Source of the DNA: Patescibacteria group bacterium
GTDB lineage: Bacteria > Patescibacteriota > Microgenomatia > JAMCZE01
DNA: 64,000 nucleotides
Reading direction: 5' to 3'
Assembly (NCBI GenBank): GCA_023380635.1
Contig: JAMCRP010000001.1
Coordinates: 469,200-533,199 of the forward strand
The notes below the pieces were generated by a model that worked only from the letters and a program-made list of their open reading frames with translations, was not told where the DNA came from and did no database searches. The position numbers and the translations under genes were made by a program. Of this stretch, positions 18,305 to 27,974 are shown one piece after another. Position 1 is the stretch's first letter. Each line of letters starts with the position of its first letter.

Positions 18305-18806
18305 AAAGACCGCCGAACCCCAGTCCAAGGCTGGTCCGCCCCAGGCGGGAAAAACCGAAAACTTTACCGAGGTGGTAAGAAGTACCGCTGAAGAGTTGCT
18401 GTCGCAACTCCAGATTGAAGCGACGGTTAGTGTTTCTGAAGTCGAGGGAATCTACAATATAAATCTGGAAACGCCGGAATCAGGGCTTTTAATTGGCTAT
18501 CACGGCGAAACCCTGTCCTCTTTCCAGCTGATTTTAGGCCTCATGATTTACAAACGTACCGGTTCCTGGGTTAAAGTGGTGGTGGAAGTTGGCGACTACC
18601 GAGCGAAACGGGCCGAACAACTGACGGCCATGGCCGAGTCTTATGCTAATCAGGTGGTTTCTACCGGCCAAGCCATTACTCTGCCACCGTTGCCGCCGGC
18701 CGAACGCCGGGTCATCCACATGGCGCTGCAAAACCGCGGTGATGTCGAAACCGAATCCGTTGGTGAAGGAAATCAAAGAAGAGTGGTTGTAAAACCAAAA
18801 GTATGA
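18291..18806 (+). CDS. jag: Jag/KhpB RNA-binding protein (KH + R3H domains)
   Basis: C-terminal R3H motif (RRVIHMALQN...GEGNQRRVVV) and its position after yidC. Confidence 0.75.
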   Translation: MPRAKKTAEPQSKAGPPQAGKTENFTEVVRSTAEELLSQLQIEATVSVSEVEGIYNINLETPESGLLIGYHGETLSSFQLILGLMIYKRTGSWVKVVVEVGDYRAKRAEQLTAMAESYANQVVSTGQAITLPPLPPAERRVIHMALQNRGDVETESVGEGNQRRVVVKPKV

Positions 18807-19135
18807 GGGGAAGAAATACTCCAGACTCAAGCGTGGGAAACACCATGCAAACCGCGTTGGAAAAGGCTGGCTTTAAAAGGTCTCCAGATCTTCCAGTCTT
18901 AAAAGAAGATAGACAAAAAGTAATTTGGGATCCAGTCCTCTTTCCGGCTCATGCCGCAGCCGCTCAAGGTAAGAGCGTAAATCCAGAATTTTTACAGGTG
19001 GAAGTTGAATTGAGGGACATCATGCAAGAATTCGATGAAAAATACGGACGCATTCCAGGAATGTCGAGACAGGATCGCCGAGCTGAAGCCTTGAACTGGC
19101 TGCAACTTCGCACCCACTTATTGAAGAATTCGTAG
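18803..19135 (+). CDS. Hypothetical protein
   Basis: 110-aa ORF in operon continuity with jag; no motif recognised. Confidence 0.35.
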   Translation: MRGRNTPDSSVGNTMQTALEKAGFKRSPDLPVLKEDRQKVIWDPVLFPAHAAAAQGKSVNPEFLQVEVELRDIMQEFDEKYGRIPGMSRQDRRAEALNWLQLRTHLLKNS

Positions 19136-19147
19136 TACTATTTCTTT

Positions 19148-20203
19148 GTGGCCAAAGCGCAAAAAATTCTTTTTGCCCTTCTGATTATTTTTCTGCCTTC
19201 CCAGCTGGGTTTGCATTTTTGGCCAGCCTGGTCCTATATTAATGGTGTCTGCGTGGATTACTTCTCGCCGACGGTGTACTTCACTGACCTTTTAGTAATC
19301 GCTTTACTTCCACTGTCATTACGAGCGAAGCGAAGTAATCTCCATTTACACAAAAGAGATTGCTTCGTCGCTTTGTTCCTCGCAATGACAATTGGAGTAA
19401 ACATTTATTTTTCTACTCTCCCCTGGTTGTCTTTCTATAAATGGTTAAAAATTGGCGAGATGGCGTTTTTGGCCTGGTTTGTGGCAAAAAATAAAACTTT
19501 CCTGCTTTCCCGCTTACCTATTTTCCTACTGGTTCCTGTTGTATACTCTTGTGTTCTAGCCCTTTGGCAATTTGCCAAACAAGGGTCGGTGGGCGGAATC
19601 TGGTACTGGCTCGGCGAGCGCAGTTTTAATAATAGTACTCCTGGGATTGCTTTAGCTTCGTTTAACGGGCAAATGTTCCTGCGGCCCTACGCCACCTTCC
19701 CCCACCCGAATGTCTTAATGGGCTTTTTGATGGTGGCCGGCCTGTTAATTCTTACACAATTCCCGCATATTTCCCGCAAGATAACCGCAGTGGTTTTGGG
19801 GCTACTATTAATAGTGTTAGTCTTGCTTCCGTCGCGGGGCAATCTGCTAACCGGCTGGGGCCTGCGAATGCAGCTAAACCAGATAGCGATACAACAATGG
19901 TTAAAATCTCCCCTGTTTGGTACCGGTTTGGGCACTTCCCCGCTTTACCCTCGCAATATTGCCAACTTTTCCCTCCTTCACCAGCCTATCCATAATCTCT
20001 ATTTCTTGAGTCTCTCGGAAACAGGGTTAATAGGACTGGGTATATTTGTGATTTTGCTCCTCGCAGCTTTATGGAAGAAAGAAAATATAAGGCATAAGAT
20101 TCCCCTGCTGGCGATCATGGGGCTGGGTCTTTTTGATCATTACTTTCTAACCCTGCAACAGGGACAACTGCTTTTTGCGATTGTTCTTGGTACAATCATC
20201 TGA
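19148..20203 (+). CDS. Polytopic membrane protein, O-antigen ligase (Wzy_C)-like
   Basis: About 10 TM helices with a larger loop; adjacent to a Wzx-type flippase. Confidence 0.45.
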   Translation: MAKAQKILFALLIIFLPSQLGLHFWPAWSYINGVCVDYFSPTVYFTDLLVIALLPLSLRAKRSNLHLHKRDCFVALFLAMTIGVNIYFSTLPWLSFYKWLKIGEMAFLAWFVAKNKTFLLSRLPIFLLVPVVYSCVLALWQFAKQGSVGGIWYWLGERSFNNSTPGIALASFNGQMFLRPYATFPHPNVLMGFLMVAGLLILTQFPHISRKITAVVLGLLLIVLVLLPSRGNLLTGWGLRMQLNQIAIQQWLKSPLFGTGLGTSPLYPRNIANFSLLHQPIHNLYFLSLSETGLIGLGIFVILLLAALWKKENIRHKIPLLAIMGLGLFDHYFLTLQQGQLLFAIVLGTII

Positions 20204-21510
20204 TGGCTTCCCTGTCACGCAAAATTGCCTGGAACACCTTGGTCCAAATGGCGGGTAAAGCGGCTACCACAACCCTGGGTGTTATTATCACCATCCTTTT
20301 AACCCGTTATCTTGGCCCGACCGGCTTTGGGACTTTTACTTTTGTCATGGTTTTTGTCACCCTTTTTGGCAGCGCCGCCGACTGGGGGTTAACTTTGATT
20401 ACCGTGCGCGAAGCCAGCAAAAACGGCGACCAGGCTCATGAAATTATCGGGAATGTGTTAATTATCCGCCTGCTTCTGGCGGCCGCCGCGGCCCTGGCGG
20501 CAATTATTGCTATTAATCTGCTTCCCTATGACCCCCTGACCCGGTTTCTGGTGGCGATTTTTTCCCTGTCGCTTTTGGCCACATCTCTAAAGACTTCGTT
20601 TCAGATTACCTTTAATGTGAAGCTTCAGATGGAAAACACCGCTCTGTCCGATTTTTCTGCCAATGTCATCATTGTGGCCCTGGTGGGTTTAATTATTTAT
20701 TTCCACCTGGGCTTAACCCAGATAATTTTGGCCTATTTGGCCGGGGATATTCTGGCGGCTCTGGTAGCCGGAGCTTTGGGTATCCGGCTGCTGCCGCTGC
20801 GGCTCAAGTTAGTGACCCCGACTACCAAATACCTGTTATTAGAATCTTTGCCGATGGGAGCAATTCTGGTCGTCTTTACGATTTACAACCGCATTGACAC
20901 GGTAGTGCTTTCCTACTTTAAGGGAGAGGAAGCGGTGGGACTTTATGGAGCGGCCTACAAAATCTACGAGGTTTTAACTCTTGGGGCGGCTTATTTTGCC
21001 AACGCCGTGCTGCCGTTAATTTCCACCCTGGCACATCAGGATAAGGCGAAGCTGGCGGAGGTGTACCGGAAATGTTTTGTCGTTTTGATGCTCCTGGGAA
21101 TAACTGTGGCGGCGGTTAACTATCTTCTGGCTCCCTTGGGCATTGCCATTATCGCCGGGCCGAGGTTTGCCGGGGCTGTTCCCGCCCTAAGAATTTTGTC
21201 GTTAGCTTTGGTCGTTGCTTATTTCAACCATTTAAACGGCTACACTTTGATTGCCTTGGGAAAACAGTGGTATTCGTTTGTCATTGCCATCGGAGCCCTA
21301 ATTATTAATGTTGCCCTAAATATTGTCTTTATCCCCCGTTTTAGCTTTGAAGCCGCAGCGTTTATCACCTTTGTGACCGAGGGTTTAATTGTCCTGGCGA
21401 CTTTATTATTTTTGCACCGAACCATTGGTTTGCGGCCGCAAATCCGGGATCTTGTTAGCGTCACTCGGGAAATCATTCAGAAAAGGGGGAAGATTTTTGA
21501 GTATGCTTAA
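20203..21510 (+). CDS. Oligosaccharide flippase family protein (Wzx/MOP superfamily)
   Basis: 12-14 TM helices and a typical polysaccharide-biosynthesis-protein N-terminus. Confidence 0.7.
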   Translation: MASLSRKIAWNTLVQMAGKAATTTLGVIITILLTRYLGPTGFGTFTFVMVFVTLFGSAADWGLTLITVREASKNGDQAHEIIGNVLIIRLLLAAAAALAAIIAINLLPYDPLTRFLVAIFSLSLLATSLKTSFQITFNVKLQMENTALSDFSANVIIVALVGLIIYFHLGLTQIILAYLAGDILAALVAGALGIRLLPLRLKLVTPTTKYLLLESLPMGAILVVFTIYNRIDTVVLSYFKGEEAVGLYGAAYKIYEVLTLGAAYFANAVLPLISTLAHQDKAKLAEVYRKCFVVLMLLGITVAAVNYLLAPLGIAIIAGPRFAGAVPALRILSLALVVAYFNHLNGYTLIALGKQWYSFVIAIGALIINVALNIVFIPRFSFEAAAFITFVTEGLIVLATLLFLHRTIGLRPQIRDLVSVTREIIQKRGKIFEYA

Positions 21511-21910
21511 AGTTTTTACTGATGGTGGAGCTCGTGGTAACCCCGGCCCGGCAGCCTGTGCTTTTGTGGTGTGGGAGGCTGCCGGAAATTTGCGGGAAAA
21601 ACGCGGAAAATTCCTCGGCAATAAGACCAACAACGAGGCGGAATATGCTGGGGTGATTGAAGCCCTAAGTTTCTTAAGGAACTTAAGTGACTTAAGAGAC
21701 TTAAAGATCGACCTTTTCCTGGATTCCCTGTTGGTGGTTAATCAGCTCAATGGGTTATGGAAGGTCAAAGAGGCTCGACTGCGGGAACTAATGCTTCAGG
21801 TTCGGAGCTTAGAAAACGGACTAACCGTCACCTACTCTCATGTTTCCCGTTCACAAAATAAAGAGGCGGATCTTCTGGTCAACGAAACACTCGACGGCCA
21901 AATGCGCTAG
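21503..21910 (+). CDS. rnhA: Ribonuclease HI
   Basis: FTDGGARGNPGPAA...NNEAEY catalytic motifs. Start at the internal ATG at 21503, which overlaps the upstream stop. Confidence 0.8.
   Translation: MLKVFTDGGARGNPGPAACAFVVWEAAGNLREKRGKFLGNKTNNEAEYAGVIEALSFLRNLSDLRDLKIDLFLDSLLVVNQLNGLWKVKEARLRELMLQVRSLENGLTVTYSHVSRSQNKEADLLVNETLDGQMR
21673..21708 (+). repeat. In-frame 9-nt tandem repeat x4 (CTTAAGNNA) inside rnhA
   Basis: cttaaggaa cttaagtga cttaagaga cttaaagat, encoding LRN LSD LRD LKI. Confidence 0.6.
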
Positions 21911-21919
21911 AATGAGTGT

Positions 21920-24406
21920 GTGAGCCCTGCTGCCAAAATTACTGTCGAAACGAACGAAAGCGCGCCCCTGGCAGTCGTTTATAACACTGGCGATTTAAGT
22001 CTGGCGGTGAGGCGGGCGCTCAAAAAACAGCACCTGCGCGTCCTGCACCTGGAAAACGAGGCCACTCCCCTGCCTGTTTTAGAACACCCGGCCTACATTT
22101 TTTTCTTCATTAGTGATCAGGTTCCGCTGGCGAACGCAAAATTGCAGTTTCAGGAAGCAGTCAGCAGCGCCGGCGCCAATGGGGCCAAAGTAGTTTTGAT
22201 TTTAGATAATGTTCAAAACTTTTACGAGAAAGTGCTGGCGTCTCAGGCGGAAAAATTGGGCTGGCCGCTTTCACTAGCCGAAGTTCATGGGGAGATGGAC
22301 GGGCCGGCCGGACCAACTACGGAAGCTGCCGCCGGAAAAATAGTGCGCCTGGCTTTTTCGTCCGGCGCCGGACATCGGCAGATGATCATGGGTAAAAATA
22401 AGGGGACGCCGGTTCAAAGCAACTTTCCCGAAAGGCACTTGTCGGCTCAGGATGTTTTCGACCGCTTAAACAAATTTAATCGCCGCCGCCCTCCGCCGCT
22501 AAAAAAATACGCCACGATTACTCTGGTATTAGCCCTGTTTTTTGGCATTTTGTCCCCCCTGTTTTTAATGGGAGCCGTCTCTTTAAAGGCGGTGTTTGAA
22601 TTAAGCCAGGCCAAGGAAATGCTTATAACCGGCCGCTTTACGCCAGCCGAGAGTTTGGCGACACAGGCAAAACAGGATCTGGTTTATTCCCAAAATATCG
22701 CCCGCTTTTTCGGGCCGCTTCTGATCGGTTTCAGTGGCCCCATGAACCGGTACTATGATCTGCTTTCTGTTGGCGAAACCGGAGCGGATGTGGCCGCCCG
22801 GGCGGCCCGTTTGGGACCCCTGGCAGATCTGGCAGCAAAAAGCTTTCTTAACGGAGGGCAAAACTTAAGCGCCCTGTCCTCGCAAATTCAAGACGAGACA
22901 GGGCCCCTTAATCAGGATCTGGGGTTAATTGAAGCCCAGGTGGGCGGCCTGTCGCCGGCTTCCTTGGGACTGCTTTCTTTTATGGGGGTTCCAGCTGGAA
23001 AAATTAAAACTTACGCCGGGGAAATTCCCCGGGTCCGTCAGCTCTTGACCCAGGCCGATCTGGTGCTTTCCGCCTGGCCTCAGATTGTGCCGGCCGAGGG
23101 TAAAAAGACCTATCTGGTAGTTTTTCAAAACAGTGCCGAGTTGCGGCCTACCGGCGGGTTCATTGGTTCCTACGGACTGGTCCGGTTTAATAACGGGAAG
23201 CTTCTGGATTGGAAAATTTACGATATTTACACGGCCGACGGCAAGCTTGCCGGGACGATTACCCCGCCGGATGAGATCCTGCAGTTCATGGGCCAGCCGG
23301 ACTGGTATATGCGTGACAGTAACTGGGCGGCAGATTTTCCTTTGACAGCTAAACGCTTGGAATGGTTTTTAGAAAAAGAAACCGGCGAAACAGCTGATGG
23401 CGTGATTGCCGTCAATCTGGGAGCAGTTCAAAAGCTTCTGGAGGCTACCGGACCGTTGAATTTGCCCGATTTTGACCAGACGGTTTCAGCCTCAGACTTT
23501 TTTCAGAAGGCGGAATATTCTTCGGAAATTAATTTTTTTGCCGGCTCCAGCCAAAAACAGGATTTTCTGGGGGGTGTGGCCCGGGCAATTTTGTCTAAGT
23601 TGACAACCGATGACGATAAGAATTATCCGGCTATAGCCAATGCTCTGGTAGCTAGCCTTAATGAAAAAAACATCCTTCTCTATTTTAACGGCACCGAAGC
23701 TCAAAAAGCCGTTTTTGGGGCCGGCTGGTCAGGAAGTATTGTTACTCCCGACTGTCAAAAGAAAGGCAGCAATTGCCTGATGCTCGTGGAAGCTAACTTG
23801 GGAGCCAATAAAGCCAATTATTTTGTCAAGCGCTCGCTGCGAGTGGATTCGACGGTCAGTAAAGGCGGCGATATTGAAAATACCGTGACGGTTCTTTACC
23901 GCAACGATTCCCCGTCTGACACTTGGCCGGGCGGTAAATACAAAAACTACCTGCGGTTTCTGGTACCGGCCGGTTCAAAGCTAATTAGTTTCGATCTGGG
24001 TGACGGCCGCAAGCCGGCGGTTTCCCCAACTTTAACCGCCGAGGAACTCTCAAAAGTCGCCCCTGATGAGTTTTTTGTCTTCCAGACGACAGAAAACAAT
24101 TATGCTAGTTTTGGAACCCTGGTGGAAATTCCTATTGAATCCGACCAGACGGTAACTTTCCGTTATCGTCTGCCGGACAAACTCTCGTTTGCCAACACTA
24201 AAACCACTTATGAGTTTCATCTTCTCAAACAGCCGGGAACAAGCGGCGACCTTTTTGATTTTTCCTTAGACTACCCCTCTTTCCTGTCTCCGGTTCAAAA
24301 GAATCTGGCAAGCACGGTTCCTCTTGTCTTTAACCAGAAGCTTATATATAATTCAGATCTAACCCAGGATCGGGATTTTGAGGTTAATTTTGAAACAAAG
24401 CTATGA
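21920..24406 (+). CDS. DUF4012-like large cell-surface protein with an N-terminal TM
   Basis: 828 aa; VVFQNSAELRPTGGFIGSYG motif characteristic of the DUF4012 family. Confidence 0.5.
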   Translation: MSPAAKITVETNESAPLAVVYNTGDLSLAVRRALKKQHLRVLHLENEATPLPVLEHPAYIFFFISDQVPLANAKLQFQEAVSSAGANGAKVVLILDNVQNFYEKVLASQAEKLGWPLSLAEVHGEMDGPAGPTTEAAAGKIVRLAFSSGAGHRQMIMGKNKGTPVQSNFPERHLSAQDVFDRLNKFNRRRPPPLKKYATITLVLALFFGILSPLFLMGAVSLKAVFELSQAKEMLITGRFTPAESLATQAKQDLVYSQNIARFFGPLLIGFSGPMNRYYDLLSVGETGADVAARAARLGPLADLAAKSFLNGGQNLSALSSQIQDETGPLNQDLGLIEAQVGGLSPASLGLLSFMGVPAGKIKTYAGEIPRVRQLLTQADLVLSAWPQIVPAEGKKTYLVVFQNSAELRPTGGFIGSYGLVRFNNGKLLDWKIYDIYTADGKLAGTITPPDEILQFMGQPDWYMRDSNWAADFPLTAKRLEWFLEKETGETADGVIAVNLGAVQKLLEATGPLNLPDFDQTVSASDFFQKAEYSSEINFFAGSSQKQDFLGGVARAILSKLTTDDDKNYPAIANALVASLNEKNILLYFNGTEAQKAVFGAGWSGSIVTPDCQKKGSNCLMLVEANLGANKANYFVKRSLRVDSTVSKGGDIENTVTVLYRNDSPSDTWPGGKYKNYLRFLVPAGSKLISFDLGDGRKPAVSPTLTAEELSKVAPDEFFVFQTTENNYASFGTLVEIPIESDQTVTFRYRLPDKLSFANTKTTYEFHLLKQPGTSGDLFDFSLDYPSFLSPVQKNLASTVPLVFNQKLIYNSDLTQDRDFEVNFETKL

Positions 24407-25098
24407 AAGCAATTCCTTTGGAAGTTCAGGTTCGGAGTTTAATCGGAAAAAAAGTCAAATCCCTTCGCCGAGACGGATTGGTGCCCGCGACGGTTTATGG
24501 GAAAGAAGTTAAATCCCAAAGTCTGGCCGTGCCGGTAAAGGAATTTGCGAAAGTTTTTGCTCAGGCGGGCGAGACCGGATTGGTGGAACTGAAATTTGAC
24601 AAGACTACGCTTCCTACTCTGATTTCCGAGGTCCAAATTCATCCTTTAAACCGCCAACTGCTTCATGTCCAGTTTCATGCGGTTAAGCTGACAGAAAAAA
24701 TTAAGGCCAACGTCCCTCTCGAATTGGTGGGCGAGTCGCCAGCAGTGACCAGCAACATTGGGTTGCTGCTTCAGACCCTAAACGAAATCGAAGTGGAAGC
24801 CTTGCCGACTGATTTGCCGGAAAAGATCGAAGTAGACACCAGGAAACTTTCCGAAGTGGATCAACAGATAACCGTAGCTGATTTGAAAATTCCCGGCGGA
24901 GTAGAAGTGCTCACCGGCAAAGAGGAAGTAGTAGTGAAAGTGGCTCCGGCTGTTTCAGAAGAAGCCAAGAAAGAGGCTGAAGAGGAAGCTGCCAAAGCGG
25001 CAGCGGAAGCTGCAACTGAAGGGGCTGGGGAAGCCGTCGCTCCCGCAGAAGGGGAATCCCCTAAAGCCGAAACTCCGGCTGGAGAGAAAGCTTCTTAA
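24403..25098 (+). CDS. rplY: 50S ribosomal protein L25 / general stress protein Ctc
   Basis: N-terminal R..GK...R.LR..G.VPA.VYG pattern, beta-barrel domain and an acidic Ala/Glu-rich tail. Confidence 0.8.
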   Translation: MKAIPLEVQVRSLIGKKVKSLRRDGLVPATVYGKEVKSQSLAVPVKEFAKVFAQAGETGLVELKFDKTTLPTLISEVQIHPLNRQLLHVQFHAVKLTEKIKANVPLELVGESPAVTSNIGLLLQTLNEIEVEALPTDLPEKIEVDTRKLSEVDQQITVADLKIPGGVEVLTGKEEVVVKVAPAVSEEAKKEAEEEAAKAAAEAATEGAGEAVAPAEGESPKAETPAGEKAS

Positions 25099-25663
25099 GA
25101 ACCTCGTTATTGGGATCAATTTCCGCAGCTTTTTCCAAGAATTTGTACACGTCAAAATTGCGGTAAATCTGCCCGGAAAGAACCGCTAATTTTAAATAGG
25201 CATCCCGGTATCCCGGAAAAGTTTCCGCAAGCTTTTGCCAGAAGACAATATCCTTCTTAATTTGATCTGGCTGATTTTTAATCGCCTGAATTTTCAACAC
25301 TTCAGAGCTATGAGGGTCATTAAAAGCTTTTAGGGTTTCTGTTTCGGCCGGACTAAAATCGTTAGAGTTAAGAAGAAGCTGTCCCAGAAGGCGGTGAGAG
25401 TTGGTGTCGTAGGAATTGACCAGGAGATTATCTTTCAGGGTTTCGAAGGGAGATTTAGGTAAAGTCAGGTTAATAAGCAGGATGACAACAAAGAAAAAAG
25501 CCAGCACAAAAACCAGCTCGCGGGCCAGGCGGCGCAGGTACAAGAGGGGAAGCTTTTTCCATGACATGAACAGCCTCAAGTAAGGGCGAAAATTTTGCAG
25601 TTTTTCGAAAACTTTTCCTAACTTCTTTCGGGGCAACCCCAAACCTTTCATGCGCCCAAGCAT
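25061..25663 (-). CDS. Hypothetical membrane protein
   Basis: 200 aa, one TM, helical repeat-like C-terminus; convergent overlap with rplY. Confidence 0.4.
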   Translation of the reverse strand: MLGRMKGLGLPRKKLGKVFEKLQNFRPYLRLFMSWKKLPLLYLRRLARELVFVLAFFFVVILLINLTLPKSPFETLKDNLLVNSYDTNSHRLLGQLLLNSNDFSPAETETLKAFNDPHSSEVLKIQAIKNQPDQIKKDIVFWQKLAETFPGYRDAYLKLAVLSGQIYRNFDVYKFLEKAAEIDPNNEVLKKLSLQPEFRL

Positions 25664-25683
25664 ACAGTACTATTATACCTTTC

Positions 25684-27660
25684 TTACCGGGGCCAGGGGG
25701 CAATAATGATAGGATTGTTGCTGTGGTCGGGGAGCAGTCCCCAAAGTTCTTCAGTGACAAACGGGATGAAGGGGTGGAGAAGTTTGAGCAGGGTTTCGAA
25801 AGTTTTCAGTAGGGAAGTGTAGGACACAAATCCTTTCTTGTAGTCTTCAAGATACTTATCCGCAAACTCATGCCAGGTAAATTGATAAAGATCTTCCGCC
25901 GCCACTCCCAGTTTAAAGGCGTCTAATTCCCGGGTAACCTTTTTAACCAAAGCAGCCAGCTTTTTCGCTAATTCCTTGTCAAGTTTGCCAGTTTTGTTTT
26001 TCTGTTCAACACCAAGAATGAACCGCCCGATATTCCAGAGTTTGTTAGTGAAATTCCGATAGCCAATAATCTTTTCTTCGAAGAGTCTCTGGTCCTGGCC
26101 GGCGCCAACATTGGCAACCAGGGAAAATCGCAGAGCGTCCGCGCCATATTTACTAACCATATCGAGGGGATTAATGACATTACCTTTGCTTTTACTCATT
26201 TTTTGACCTTCCTTGTCGCGGACCAAGCCATGAAGGTATACTGTTTTGAACGGAACTTTTCCTGTCACATACAGTCCAAGCATAATCATTCGGGCTACCC
26301 AGAAAAACAGAATATCGTAACCGGTTTCCATAACTGTCGTTGGATAGAATTTTTCAAAATCACCGGGTTTTGTGGTCATGAGGGTTGAGAACGGCCACTG
26401 GCCGGAAGAGAACCAAGTGTCAAAAGTGTCGGTTTCTCCCTCGATGGGAACCTTAGCGCCCCAAACAATTTGACGGCTAATGTTCCAATCGCGGATATTT
26501 TCCATCCAGCGAAAGTAAGTCTTCTCAAAAGATTTAGGAAGAATTTTAATTTCCCCATTCTTAACTGCGTCAATAGCCGGTTTTGCCAGAGGCTTAGTTT
26601 TGACAAACCATTGTTTCTGAAGAAGGGGTTCGATAACACCTTTACACTTATAACAAATGCCGACGGAGTGATGCAGGGGCTCTTCTTTAACAAGAAAGCC
26701 ATTTTCCTTCAAATCGGTAACAACGGCCTCTCGGGCTGGTTCGACTTTTAGTCCCCGATATTTTTCGGGGACATTACTGTTCAAGCGGCCGGAAAAATCA
26801 ATAATGGTAATTTGAGGCAGATCGTGGCGATTACCAATTTCAAAATCCAGAGGATCATGAGCGGGGGTAACCTTAAGCGCGCCGGTGCCAAACTTGATAT
26901 CCACCGCTTCGTCGGAAATAATCGGAATCTCCTTGTTGATTAAGGGAATTACGGCCGTTTTACCAATTAGGCTCTTGTAGTGTTTATCTTTAGGATTAAC
27001 GGCAATCGCCGCGTCGGCAAAAATTGTTTCCGGACGGGTGGTGGCAATGTGCAACAGCCCGTAGTTTAGAAAGTATAACTTGTCGTCACGTTCGGTATAG
27101 TCCACCTCCAAATCAGAAAAAGCCGTTCCGCAGCGGGGGCAATAATTAACAATTCTTTCACCCTTATACACCAAGCCTTCTTTTCTCATTTTTTCAAAAG
27201 TTTGGAAAACAATCTTAAGAGTATCAGGATCGAGGGTAAACTTTTCCCGGGACCAGTCAAGAGAAAAACCAAGCTTTTTCAGTTGATCGCGGACTGTTTG
27301 TTTGTTTTTATCAACAAAGTCCCAAATCATTTTATAGAGAGTAGTGTTGTCATAGTCGAAACGGCTTTTGTTTTCTTTTTTAAGCTGTTTTTCGAAAACA
27401 AATTGAGTTTCAAAGCCGGCATGATCTAAGCCCGGCAGCCACAAGGCAGCGAAGCCTTTCATCCGGTGATACCTAATGAGAATGTCTTCAATGGTAAATA
27501 AGGCATGGCCTAAGTGAAGATCGGCGTTGGCGTTTGGCGGGGGAAGAATAATAGTAAAGGGTTTGCCGTCGGGATTAATTTCCGGCTTAAAATAGCCGCC
27601 TTCTTCCCACATGCGGTAAATGTGGTCTTCAACCTTGAGATGGTCGTATTTTGGCTCCAT
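25684..27660 (-). CDS. valS: Valine--tRNA ligase (C-terminally short form)
   Basis: HIGH-region PPPNANADLHLGHA and exact KMSKSKGN. At 658 aa it lacks the usual C-terminal coiled-coil. Confidence 0.75.
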   Translation of the reverse strand: MEPKYDHLKVEDHIYRMWEEGGYFKPEINPDGKPFTIILPPPNANADLHLGHALFTIEDILIRYHRMKGFAALWLPGLDHAGFETQFVFEKQLKKENKSRFDYDNTTLYKMIWDFVDKNKQTVRDQLKKLGFSLDWSREKFTLDPDTLKIVFQTFEKMRKEGLVYKGERIVNYCPRCGTAFSDLEVDYTERDDKLYFLNYGLLHIATTRPETIFADAAIAVNPKDKHYKSLIGKTAVIPLINKEIPIISDEAVDIKFGTGALKVTPAHDPLDFEIGNRHDLPQITIIDFSGRLNSNVPEKYRGLKVEPAREAVVTDLKENGFLVKEEPLHHSVGICYKCKGVIEPLLQKQWFVKTKPLAKPAIDAVKNGEIKILPKSFEKTYFRWMENIRDWNISRQIVWGAKVPIEGETDTFDTWFSSGQWPFSTLMTTKPGDFEKFYPTTVMETGYDILFFWVARMIMLGLYVTGKVPFKTVYLHGLVRDKEGQKMSKSKGNVINPLDMVSKYGADALRFSLVANVGAGQDQRLFEEKIIGYRNFTNKLWNIGRFILGVEQKNKTGKLDKELAKKLAALVKKVTRELDAFKLGVAAEDLYQFTWHEFADKYLEDYKKGFVSYTSLLKTFETLLKLLHPFIPFVTEELWGLLPDHSNNPIIIAPWPR

Positions 27661-27688
27661 AAGGAGATTTTAGCAGAGCAGAAGGAAT

Positions 27689-27916
27689 TTAAGAAGCTTG
27701 GAATAGTCGTTGGAGGGTGACAAAAAGTCTTCGCGCCCTAGAAACCGGGGCCATCTCAGGCATGGTTATCAGGACGGGCTGATTAGAAACAAGGTTAATG
27801 ACGGCACTGTTGACCGGTTGGATAATATGGGGTCTATCCAGGTGGCCGCCGCCGGGCCTGGTATTAATTATTAATCTTCCCATTTTGTATTCGAGAGTCT
27901 TGATTACTTCTGCCAT
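27689..27916 (-). CDS. Hypothetical small protein (75 aa)
   Basis: ORF only; located upstream of valS. Confidence 0.3.
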   Translation of the reverse strand: MAEVIKTLEYKMGRLIINTRPGGGHLDRPHIIQPVNSAVINLVSNQPVLITMPEMAPVSRARRLFVTLQRLFQAS

Positions 27917-27938
27917 GCAATTATTTTAATTATCCTTC

Positions 27939-27967
27939 TTGACAAAGTCTACCGTGTTCCATAATAT
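27939..27967 (+). promoter_or_regulatory. Consensus sigma70-like promoter TTGACA-17-TAATAT driving a leaderless transcript
   Basis: TTGACA at 27939-27944 and TAATAT at 27962-27967; the ATG at 27975 is 7 nt downstream. Confidence 0.45.
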
Positions 27968-27974
27968 CGCCTAA

